From Bacillus phage PBS1: a stretch of 32,000 nt of DNA. The stretch's first letter is position 1, and the number at the start of each line of letters is the position of its first letter. Location: sequence record NC_043027.1. One strand, 5' to 3'. A model generated the notes under the pieces. It did no database searches. It worked only from the letters and a program-made list of their open reading frames with translations, and was not told the DNA's origin. Both the position numbers and the translations under genes were made by a program. Shown here piece by piece: positions 9,452-17,267 of the stretch.

Positions 9452-10117
9452 ATGATAAAAAAAATTAATAGTCCTGCTAAAGTCAATAATATTGTAAATA
9501 TTCAGAGTGTACAGAATAATGATAATATTTTATTAAAAAATATGGATGGTTACTTCCAAGAAAAATTTTATTTTACTGATATCTATGATGATACTAAAAT
9601 GAAAAAATTAGTTGGATCTATTAAAAGTCAAATTAGATCAAGTGATGAGTATTCCCATTATATTGGTTTCCTCAAGAATGAATTAGGTTTATCTCATTGT
9701 GCTGTTTTAGGAAATGTATCAGCAGAAGATGCGTCATTAGAATTTCACCATTATCCTTTTACTATACATGACATAATTAATCTTTCAATTAGTAGAAATA
9801 TCCTTTTAGGAAAAAAATTTAATTCTTTTACTATTATAAAGGAAGTATTAGATGATCATTATAATAATATAATAGGTCTAGTACCATTATCATTAACAGT
9901 TCATGAACTGGTTCATGCTGGTGAAATATTTGTTAATTTAAATCAAGTTTATGGTGATATAAATGAATTTAATAAAAAATATTCATTTGCTATGACTGAT
10001 GATATGATTGAAAAATTTAATAAATTAATAGAACTAAGTGAGAGTAATGCGCCATATAGTGAAACTAATATTCTCAAAAAAATATATGATAAAATTGAAG
10101 ATAACGATAGAACTTAA
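9452..10117 (+). CDS. hypothetical protein (about 221 aa)
   Basis: The track start at 9425 precedes a GGAGG motif at about 9438. The ATG at 9452 (MIKKINSP...) is the better-supported start. Divergent from 7178-9394. Confidence 0.6.
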   Translation: MIKKINSPAKVNNIVNIQSVQNNDNILLKNMDGYFQEKFYFTDIYDDTKMKKLVGSIKSQIRSSDEYSHYIGFLKNELGLSHCAVLGNVSAEDASLEFHHYPFTIHDIINLSISRNILLGKKFNSFTIIKEVLDDHYNNIIGLVPLSLTVHELVHAGEIFVNLNQVYGDINEFNKKYSFAMTDDMIEKFNKLIELSESNAPYSETNILKKIYDKIEDNDRT

Positions 10118-10132
10118 TCTATCGTTATCTTC
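10097..10132. terminator. 15-bp perfect hairpin spanning the stop codon of 9452-10117
   Basis: GAAGATAACGATAGA-ACTTAA-TCTATCGTTATCTTC. The stop codon lies in the loop. Confidence 0.6.
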
Positions 10133-10289
10133 ACTATTTATTAACTAATGCTTCTAATGTAATATCTTTTCCCAAGTGAAAAACCTCCATATTAATAAAA
10201 CTTTTATCATTAATATAATATATATTTAAAATTTACATTTACTATGAACAATAGAATAGAGACATATAGAGATATGGAGGTTGAAATAA

Positions 10290-11495
10290 TTGGAAAAAGT
10301 ACAAAAACCAATATCTATTTCGGAAAAGGATAAAGACTTTTTATTTTCTCTTTCTGAGGAAGATATTACATTAGAAATGCTAGAAAAACTTTTCGCTAAT
10401 AAAAAGAATACAAAAGCTATGTTCAAGCCAAATGATATATTTGTATTACCAAAGGGTAGATTATATAATGATAAAAGTATGACAACAACTGTTGGAAGAT
10501 ATATTTTTAATTTATTTATGTTATCCCCTAAGATTATTCAATTAGTAGGATACCAAAATATTTCATTTGATGATGGTAATATTGGTGGATTGGAAAATAC
10601 TCTCTCTGAATATTTGATTGAAGATAAAATTACAGTGCAAGAATTTGCAGATTATATTGACAAATTACAATGGCTTGGATTTATTACTGCAAAATTCTTA
10701 AATGCATCACTAACTTATGATCTACTAGAGATTCCTAAAGAAACAGATGCTCTTAAAAAGAAATTAATTCAAGAGCATAAAAAAGCATTGGAATCTGGCG
10801 ATTTAATTGCTATTAATAAAATTGAAAAACAGTTAGTAGCTGATGCAAAAGGAAGAGTATCTGATATTCCTGACTATCAAATTTATGCTAGTGGTGCTCG
10901 TGGAAGTTTTGGTAACAACTATAAGAATACCACTCTTTTAAGGGGCGCAATTAAAAACTTGGCAAATCCAGATCAGGTTCATATCTCAGACGCTTCTTTA
11001 ATGGAAGGAATACCTCCTGAAGAGATTCAATATTATTCTGATATTATTACTCAAGCATCATACAGTCGTGCTGTTGGTACTAGAGAAGGTGGTTATGAAT
11101 CTAAGAAACTTAGTGCTGCCTTCCAAAATATCGTTTTGGATGATGAAGGATCTGATTGTCATACGAAAAAGACGATAACCATTGAACTTAATAAAGGTAA
11201 TGCAAACATGTTCATGTATAGGTATATTGTAGAAAATAATAAACTAGTATTATTGACTTCTGATAATATTAACAACTATATTGGTAAGATAATCAAGATT
11301 AGAAGTCCTTTATATTGTTTAAATAAACAATATTGTAGTAAATGTGCGGGAGAACTCTACTATCGTTTAGGTATTAGGAATGTTGGAATAATTTCCAACC
11401 GTATTGGGACTTCTTTGCTCAACGCATCTTTAAAAGCATTTCACGATATGACACTAAAAGTTGTAAATCTTGATATAGATAAATATATTGAGTAA
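10290..11495 (+). CDS. phage DNA-directed RNA polymerase beta' subunit, C-terminal half
   Basis: Bridge-helix-like ASGARGSFGNNYKN; TREGGYESKKLSAAFQNIVLDDEGSDCHT (trigger-loop/C-terminal beta' region); zinc-type CSKCAGELYYRLGIRNVGIISNRIGTSLLNASLKAFHDMTLK, matching the conserved GEPGTQLTMRTFH-like terminal region. TTG start with TATGGAGG RBS. Confidence 0.85.
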   Translation: MEKVQKPISISEKDKDFLFSLSEEDITLEMLEKLFANKKNTKAMFKPNDIFVLPKGRLYNDKSMTTTVGRYIFNLFMLSPKIIQLVGYQNISFDDGNIGGLENTLSEYLIEDKITVQEFADYIDKLQWLGFITAKFLNASLTYDLLEIPKETDALKKKLIQEHKKALESGDLIAINKIEKQLVADAKGRVSDIPDYQIYASGARGSFGNNYKNTTLLRGAIKNLANPDQVHISDASLMEGIPPEEIQYYSDIITQASYSRAVGTREGGYESKKLSAAFQNIVLDDEGSDCHTKKTITIELNKGNANMFMYRYIVENNKLVLLTSDNINNYIGKIIKIRSPLYCLNKQYCSKCAGELYYRLGIRNVGIISNRIGTSLLNASLKAFHDMTLKVVNLDIDKYIE

Positions 11496-11595
11496 AATTT
11501 AGATAATTTTATTTTAGTTTTCCATTTAATAATTAAGTACCATTAAACAAATATATATTATAATTGTATAATATAAAATGGGGGAATATTATTAA

Positions 11596-13293
11596 ATGGA
11601 AAACTTTTATTCTAAAAAAGAATTAGCAGAATTAACAGGAAAGGCAATTAAAACACTAGAAAGATTTATGACAAAAAATAATATAGAGTCATCATTTTCT
11701 AAGGGTGTTAAAAAGTATTATAATGAAGAAGTAAAAAATTTTTTAATTAATAATTTTAAAAAGAAATCATTTGAAGAAACTGTAAAAGAAATAAATGATC
11801 AATTATTTAAAATATGTGGTTACTATCCTTACATAATTAATTCTTTTAAGGATGGTAAATACAATGTTACCTGTAATTTTTGTAAAGATACCTTTGATAT
11901 TAAACGTTCAAATATGAAAAACGGCGCTATAAAAGAAGATGGACTCAGATATCATATGTGTAGAACATGTGGTCAAAAGAGATCAAATATAGCTAACACT
12001 AAAGATATTGAACACTTTGAAGAAAAAATAAAAGAAAAATATGGTTTCTTACCATATGAAATTTTAGAATTTACTAAATTATCTGGTAAATGTAAATTAA
12101 AATGTAAAAAATGCAATTATATTTTTACTGCAATTGCAGGTAATATATTAGTAACTAAGAATAAGGTATATTGTCCTTCCTGTAATAATAAGAAAAGAAG
12201 TAATAAAAATTATCAAGAAAGATTAAATGAAATATTTAACGGAAATCTTATAGCATTAGAAGAATATAAAGGTAGACGTGTTCCAATTATGCATAAATGT
12301 TTAATTTGTAATAATAAATGGAAGGCAGATCCTAACAATAGACTTAACGGTGAAGGATGTCCAAAATGCTCTAATATATTCACACAATCCAAAGGAGAAA
12401 AAGAAATTATAGATTTTATTTCAGAAAATTATAAAGGTGAAATAATTCTTAGAAATAGAACAATATTAAATGGTAAAGAGTTAGATATTTATTTACCAGA
12501 ATTGAAAATAGCCATTGAATATGACGGTTTATATTGGCACAATGAAAAACATAAAGGAAAGAATTATCATATCGATAAGACTAGAAAATGCAAGGAACAT
12601 GGAGTAAGACTTATTCATGTATTTGAAGATGAATGGGTTAACAAAAATGAGTTAGTTAAATTCAAACTTCTTCATATTCTTGGAATAAATAATCAAGAAA
12701 AAATATATGCAAGAAAATGTTATATTGAGGAAATTGATAGTTCTCTTAAAAATGAATTCTTAGAACGGAATCATATCCAAGGAAAAGATAATGCTAGTAT
12801 TAAATTAGGATTATGGCTTCCAAAAGAAGATGGTGATGAATTAATTGCTATTATGACATTTGTTAAAAGAAGATTAGCACTAGGTTCAAAACATAAAGGA
12901 GAATTTGATTATGAACTTAGTAGATTTGCAACTGATAGGGACTATCGTGCTATAGGTGCATTTGGAAAGTTATTTAAATATTTTATTAAGAATTATGAAT
13001 ATGATAGCATTATAACATATGCTGATATTAGATGGTCTGAAGGAAATGTATATATTAAGAATGATTTTGAATATACTCATAATAGCCGACCAAATTACTG
13101 GTATGTGGATAGAAATGATGGTACTAAACGAATTCATAGATTTAATTTTAGAAAACAGGAACTCAAAAATAAATTTCCTGAGCTATATGATAATGGTTTA
13201 ACAGAGTTTGAAATAATGGATAACACAAATTTCTATAGAATATGGGATTGTGGTAATATGGTATTTAAGTATGAAAAAAAAAATAAAGGTTGA
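11596..13293 (+). CDS. homing-endonuclease-like protein: N-terminal HTH-like region, tandem zinc ribbons, VSR-like (EDxHD/I-Bth0305I type) nuclease domain, C-terminal extension
   Basis: Zinc ribbons CNFC..CRTC, CKKC..CPSC, CLIC..CPKC. Nuclease core IYLPELKIAIEYDGLYWHNEKHKGKNYHIDKTRKCKEHGVRLIHVFEDEW. Own RBS (gggggaa). Confidence 0.8.
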   Translation: MENFYSKKELAELTGKAIKTLERFMTKNNIESSFSKGVKKYYNEEVKNFLINNFKKKSFEETVKEINDQLFKICGYYPYIINSFKDGKYNVTCNFCKDTFDIKRSNMKNGAIKEDGLRYHMCRTCGQKRSNIANTKDIEHFEEKIKEKYGFLPYEILEFTKLSGKCKLKCKKCNYIFTAIAGNILVTKNKVYCPSCNNKKRSNKNYQERLNEIFNGNLIALEEYKGRRVPIMHKCLICNNKWKADPNNRLNGEGCPKCSNIFTQSKGEKEIIDFISENYKGEIILRNRTILNGKELDIYLPELKIAIEYDGLYWHNEKHKGKNYHIDKTRKCKEHGVRLIHVFEDEWVNKNELVKFKLLHILGINNQEKIYARKCYIEEIDSSLKNEFLERNHIQGKDNASIKLGLWLPKEDGDELIAIMTFVKRRLALGSKHKGEFDYELSRFATDRDYRAIGAFGKLFKYFIKNYEYDSIITYADIRWSEGNVYIKNDFEYTHNSRPNYWYVDRNDGTKRIHRFNFRKQELKNKFPELYDNGLTEFEIMDNTNFYRIWDCGNMVFKYEKKNKG

Positions 13294-13318
13294 TTAATTT
13301 CAACCTTTATTTTTTTTT
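13281..13318. terminator. bidirectional terminator between convergent genes
   Basis: AAATAAAGGTTGA-TTAATT-TCAACCTTTATTTTTTTTTT, with A and T runs on either side. It overlaps the 3' end of the 11596 ORF. Confidence 0.85.
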
Positions 13319-13572
13319 TAGTCATACATTCCCTCATTAACAATCTCTAACATTTCATATTTTGTAAGTGGTCTTCCTAACCCATTAATATTAGGTATTT
13401 TGTAATTCTTTTCCCAACCCTTAAATCTCGCTCTTATTCTAGCAATGAATTGTATTTTCTTTTTAGTCTTTTCTGAATTATCCTTAATCAACAATTCAGC
13501 AATCATGAAATCCATATCAATAATAGACTTTGAACGCAACAATTTTAATATGTCTAATGTCTTAGTTGTCAT
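13318..13572 (-). CDS. hypothetical protein (84 aa)
   Basis: ORF with RBS (aggagaaatt) upstream on the minus strand. Confidence 0.55.
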   Translation of the reverse strand: MTTKTLDILKLLRSKSIIDMDFMIAELLIKDNSEKTKKKIQFIARIRARFKGWEKNYKIPNINGLGRPLTKYEMLEIVNEGMYD

Positions 13573-13584
13573 AATTTCTCCTAA

Positions 13585-13920
13585 TTAATTTAAGAATTTT
13601 ATTTCTCTAATATAATCTTCCTCATCATAAGATACATTAATTTTGTCGCCCTTCTTGAGTGATTTAAAAACCTCTTCACTTCCTGCATATAATTCTCTAT
13701 TATCTCCTGAATCAGATAAAATAATCTTAAATGTATCTCTTGAATTTTTTCCTTTTCTTTCTATTTTTACCTTATCAATTATTGTTGAATTATCTATAGT
13801 TGAATATTCTTTATATGTGTTAGTTGATGGTTTTTTATTATCTATCGTAGTATTGGTGTTTACTTGATTGCATCCTACTAATAAGGCTGATAATAATCCC
13901 ACAATAACTAATTTTTTCAA
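13585..13920 (-). CDS. phage-encoded lipoprotein
   Basis: Signal peptide plus lipobox: MKKLVIVGLLSALLVGC|NQ. 111 aa. Upstream gaggtaat RBS. Confidence 0.7.
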   Translation of the reverse strand: MKKLVIVGLLSALLVGCNQVNTNTTIDNKKPSTNTYKEYSTIDNSTIIDKVKIERKGKNSRDTFKIILSDSGDNRELYAGSEEVFKSLKKGDKINVSYDEEDYIREIKFLN

Positions 13921-13950
13921 AAGAATTACCTCACAATCATCAAGTATCTC

Positions 13951-14133
13951 TTATTTATTTTCTGACTTACTTAATTCATACATCTCATCAAGTAAGTTCA
14001 TAGAATAATCAAACATTTCACTATATATACTATAGCTTATTTCCCCTGTTGAGTTTAAACCATTTAGAAAATCAGCCATTTCAGCTTTTAGTTTTTCTTT
14101 TTTTGTTGCATTAGGTGATATCCCCCACGCCAT
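13951..14133 (-). CDS. hypothetical protein (60 aa)
   Basis: Small ORF in a co-directional cluster, weaker support. The true start may lie upstream or downstream. Confidence 0.45.
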   Translation of the reverse strand: MAWGISPNATKKEKLKAEMADFLNGLNSTGEISYSIYSEMFDYSMNLLDEMYELSKSENK

Positions 14134-14145
14134 TTATTTCACCTC

Positions 14146-14469
14146 TTAAATTTTATTTGGATTCCAATTCAAATAATTATCCTCTATAATTTCAACTTTA
14201 TTTCTCTCGTAACTACGTATTAATTCTATTACTTTATGAATTAAATAATTATCATCTTTTAAATAATAGTCATTTGTGTTATAGTACCAAATGGTTTCTG
14301 TACTTGTTAATGCTTTATATTTTCTAAATATTTTACCTTTTACTTTTTCGTATATAGTGATTTTCCATTTAAATTGTTCTCCTGATATCTTCCTAATTAC
14401 ATTAGCATAATAAGTACCTTTATCTGTTTTAATTTCCTTTAAATCCTTTTTATTAATCAATTTTACCAT
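14146..14469 (-). CDS. hypothetical protein (107 aa)
   Basis: ORF overlapping the upstream gene end (14453-14469), suggesting translational coupling. Confidence 0.55.
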   Translation of the reverse strand: MVKLINKKDLKEIKTDKGTYYANVIRKISGEQFKWKITIYEKVKGKIFRKYKALTSTETIWYYNTNDYYLKDDNYLIHKVIELIRSYERNKVEIIEDNYLNWNPNKI

Positions 14470-14794
14470 CCCACTTATTGTAATTTTCTTTTATTCTATT
14501 AATCTTAGCTTTACTTTTATCTTCTTTCAATATTGTTGATTCAATATATTCAATTTCATCCTTTATAAATCTAACAAGCATATTATCTGATTCTAAACTT
14601 GGTGAGAACCAGTCTGTTTTAACTTCTTTAATATGCCTGAGAGTGTATCCAAACCACCATCTTCTTTTATTTGCAGTATATAAATTGACTAACCATTTAT
14701 GCTGAAGTTCATTAAATGGAGGAGAATATCTTGATGTTTTTGTTACTATAACACCATATTTTCTTAGTCTTGATTCAACTATTTTAATATCCAT
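14453..14794 (-). CDS. hypothetical protein (113 aa)
   Basis: ORF with RBS (aaaggggatt) upstream. Confidence 0.6.
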   Translation of the reverse strand: MDIKIVESRLRKYGVIVTKTSRYSPPFNELQHKWLVNLYTANKRRWWFGYTLRHIKEVKTDWFSPSLESDNMLVRFIKDEIEYIESTILKEDKSKAKINRIKENYNKWDGKID

Positions 14795-14808
14795 TTTTAA
14801 TCCCCTTT

Positions 14809-14849
14809 AATAAATATAAAGGATAATAATATTATCCTTTATATTTATT
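14809..14849. terminator. long perfect inverted repeat downstream of the beta' N-terminal gene
   Basis: AATAAATATAAAGGATAATA-A-TATTATCCTTTATATTTATT, 20-bp arms, with T-rich flanks. Confidence 0.65.
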
Positions 14850-14859
14850 TTTCTTCTAT

Positions 14860-15021
14860 TTAATTATTTAGAATAAAGATTCCCAAAATTTGATCTTTCT
14901 GTAGATCAAAATCTCCATTAAACCGCCCGTTATTTCTGTCTACTAAGAAATTCTGTGGTGATAATAATGAGAAATGTTCTTTCATCTTATTATCAAATAC
15001 TGGAATGATATTCAATACGTC
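14860..15021 (-). CDS. exon 2 of RNA polymerase beta' N-terminal half (53 codons plus stop)
   Basis: Minus-strand translation DVLNIIPVFDNKMKEHFSLLSPQNFLVDRNNGRFNGDFDLQKDQILGIFILNN*. It supplies the missing third Asp of the DxDGD motif when joined to exon 1. Absent from the ORF track. Confidence 0.85.
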   Translation of the reverse strand, partial: DVLNIIPVFDNKMKEHFSLLSPQNFLVDRNNGRFNGDFDLQKDQILGIFILNN

Positions 15022-15918
15022 CATTTAGTTTATATAAGAGCGCAACCTCTCATACCATTGGGCTAACATTTCTGTTAGAATCAGACTATATCTTAACTAT
15101 TAATTCTATTACCAAATTAATAGTTCCTCCCTTTTCCATTTAAAGCTTTCGCTACCTCATTAGCTTAGGCTGTACTCTACTCACTTCCAGATACCGTATT
15201 TCTCGAATATCCGTGTTTTCGATAGTCGTTGAACCTTACTATACATTGCTCCACTTAAATGTATTTAAAACCATAGCCTTTATAGGAATTTCTTTGACCT
15301 CTAGCTACTCTTGCTATTGCATCTATTTTACAGTCAAATTCTTTAGCAACCTCTTTTACACTTTTATAGGTACTAATTATTTCCCCTGTAGTTAGATCTA
15401 ACTTAGCTATAGGTTTATATTTTGCTTTAGTAGCATTATTGATATTTCCTAAACCAGTTTTTTGTCTGTGATTACAGTTTTCTTTTGTAGTAGACCATTC
15501 TAGATTAGATACACAATTATTAGTTTTTATACCATCTTTATGATTTACTTCTGGTTTATTTTCTGAATTCTCAATAAATGCTTCTGCTACTAATCTGTGT
15601 ATTTTTTTGTAATAACGTTTTTTATCCCTATATAATGTGACTACAAGATAACCTTTTCCATTATTTGTGGAGGAAAGAATTTTTTCGTCTATTATTCGAA
15701 TACTGTTTAGTTTTCCACTAACTTCTCGTTTAAGTGATTTCACTAAACCTGTATTACTTATTTCATATAGACCTTCAAATCCTATTATTTCTTTCCATAT
15801 TAGTTCCATTCTAATTAGCTTCTTTCAGAGCAATGTATAGTCTTGGCTGCTGGTTGGCATATCTTAAATGACTTAGCTTCCCAGACAATTAAAGAGGTTT
15901 AAAGACGGCAATCGCCTT
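15022..15918 (-). mobile_element. group I intron (about 897 nt) in the beta' N-terminal gene, with an intronic HNH endonuclease
   Basis: P1: exon GACGGU pairs with intron GCCGUC with U-G at the splice site. Q-like AACCAGCAGCCAAG (15841-15855), R GGTTCAACGACTA (15223-15235), S AAGATATAGTCTG (15082-15094). Last intron nt is G. Joining the exons restores GDYDG|DVLNI. Confidence 0.92.
15255..15809 (-). CDS. intron-encoded HNH homing endonuclease (NUMOD4-HNH-NUMOD1 type)
   Basis: EIIGFEGLYEISNTGLVKSLKRE (NUMOD4-like); HRLVAEAFIENSENKPEVNHKDGIKTNNCVSNLEWSTTKENCNHRQ (HNH); KPIAKLDLTTGEIISTYKSVKEVAKEF (NUMOD1-like). Confidence 0.93.
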   Translation of the reverse strand: MELIWKEIIGFEGLYEISNTGLVKSLKREVSGKLNSIRIIDEKILSSTNNGKGYLVVTLYRDKKRYYKKIHRLVAEAFIENSENKPEVNHKDGIKTNNCVSNLEWSTTKENCNHRQKTGLGNINNATKAKYKPIAKLDLTTGEIISTYKSVKEVAKEFDCKIDAIARVARGQRNSYKGYGFKYI

Positions 15919-17037
15919 ACCGTCATAGTCGCCTGATAATGCAGACAATAAGTTATTACTAATTCCCAGTGTTAAGTCTTTATAATCTTTTTTAATAAGA
16001 CCAATCTTTAGGTATAAAATACTACCAATACTAATAGTAGGGTTACGGTTAAGTAAAAATGTACAACCACCTTTAGTTTTTGTAATTAGTTCTTCCATAT
16101 AGTTATATAACTCTTGATTAAATCCTAGTATGCCTTTTTCCCAAAATTTTAGTGCTTCATTATAATTTATACCTTTTACTTTACTGATAAGATTGATAAG
16201 CTGAAACTTATAAAGTTCTGCGAACGTTTTATAAGGCATAGCAACTTCATCAATAGGATGACCAATTAATGGTGTAATAACATTTCTGGCACTAAAATTG
16301 ATTCTAGAACCCATAATATTCTTTCTTAGAAATCCTTTTTTACCTCGAAGGTATTCACTAATAATTCTTGTTAGGATATTATTGGCATAGAATTGCATAT
16401 TATAAAGTAATGGTAATAATAGTAAATCAATGCTGTCATCAGATACTACACCCTCATTAATCTGGTTTATGTACTCAATAACAAAGTTGTAGTAATTATT
16501 AATCTCATCAAATGCCAATACTTTTCCTTTACTCCCAGTTAATAATGTAGCTGGTCTAAGCTTGTGTGAAAATACTGGTAGTTTATTAATAAAAATCTTA
16601 TCATGATTTTCAATTAAGAAATCATATTCTTTTTGATATTTCTTTTTATCAGTGTATTTTTCAAGGAGATCATCAAAATTATCCTTAAACTTTACTAACC
16701 CGATATAATCATCTTCCCCAATTTCTTCTGTTAGATCAATATTCTCACCGTTTTGATCAATAGACTGTTGGTAGTTAATAATTTTATTAATACTTGGAAT
16801 ACATTTTTTGATGATAGTAAATAAGATTGGGTTGATAATATAATAAGGTTCAATATTAATCCATCCAATAGTATCTATATCCTTATCATCATCGTCTTCA
16901 TTATAACTACCAAATATCCTTTCTGAGTAAATACCATCATCAGAGAATTCATGATTTTCAATTGGATTAGCTCTTGTAATTAAATTCTCCTCATTGTAAA
17001 TCTCATTAAAATCGATTAAGGATAGTTTCTTCCCCAT
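15919..17037 (-). CDS. exon 1 of RNA polymerase beta' N-terminal half (373 codons)
   Basis: LPVFSHKLRPATLL; ILTRIISEYLRGKKGFLRKNIMGSRINFSARNVITP (beta' KxGxxRxxxxGxRxxxSxRxVI); LLNRNPTISIGSILYL; NNLLSALSGDYDG (catalytic motif). The track ORF 15889-17037 reads through into the intron. Confidence 0.9.
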
Positions 17038-17120
17038 ATTCTGTTTTCCCCCTATTTTATCTTTCTAATACACTTGAAAATTTTCTTTTTTTTTAAATCT
17101 AAAATACACTATCTCTATTA

Positions 17121-17155
17121 TAACTGTTTTCTATTCTCTGCGCAAGTAAAATTTT
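17121..17155 (-). promoter_or_regulatory. possible sigma-A-like promoter upstream of the beta' N-terminal gene
   Basis: Minus strand TTGCGC-N17-TATAAT. -10 is perfect, -35 is weak (TTG only). Confidence 0.35.
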
Positions 17156-17232
17156 TTAAATTTTGCCAACAATCTTCTCCCCTTTCTAAAACTATAATCA
17201 TAAAAATAATATATATTTAATTTTTATAATAG

Positions 17233-17267
17233 AATAAGCAAAGACTTTCTTATAGTCTTTGCTTATT
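17233..17267 (-). terminator. terminator overlapping the endolysin stop codon
   Basis: AATAAGCAAAGACT-N7-AGTCTTTGCTTATT, 14-bp perfect stem. Confidence 0.65.

Noticed and set aside
10226-10426. Minus-strand ORF of 66 aa
   Set aside because: Overlaps the start and RBS of the RNAP beta' C gene in antisense, with no supporting signals.
11496-13293. A second intron interrupting beta' C-half with the 565-aa endonuclease inside
   Set aside because: The C-half ends plausibly after the conserved LLNASLKAFHDMT region. The endonuclease ORF has its own RBS and a terminator, and no R/S elements or resumed beta' coding sequence were seen downstream.
13643-13867. Plus-strand ORF of 74 aa
   Set aside because: Antisense to the lipoprotein gene, which has a clear signal peptide and lipobox.
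15213-15395. Plus-strand ORF of 60 aa
   Set aside because: Antisense to the intron core and the HNH endonuclease end.
15889-17037. Track ORF 15889-17037 as a complete protein
   Set aside because: The last 9 codons plus stop lie in the intron. The true product continues in exon 2 after splicing.
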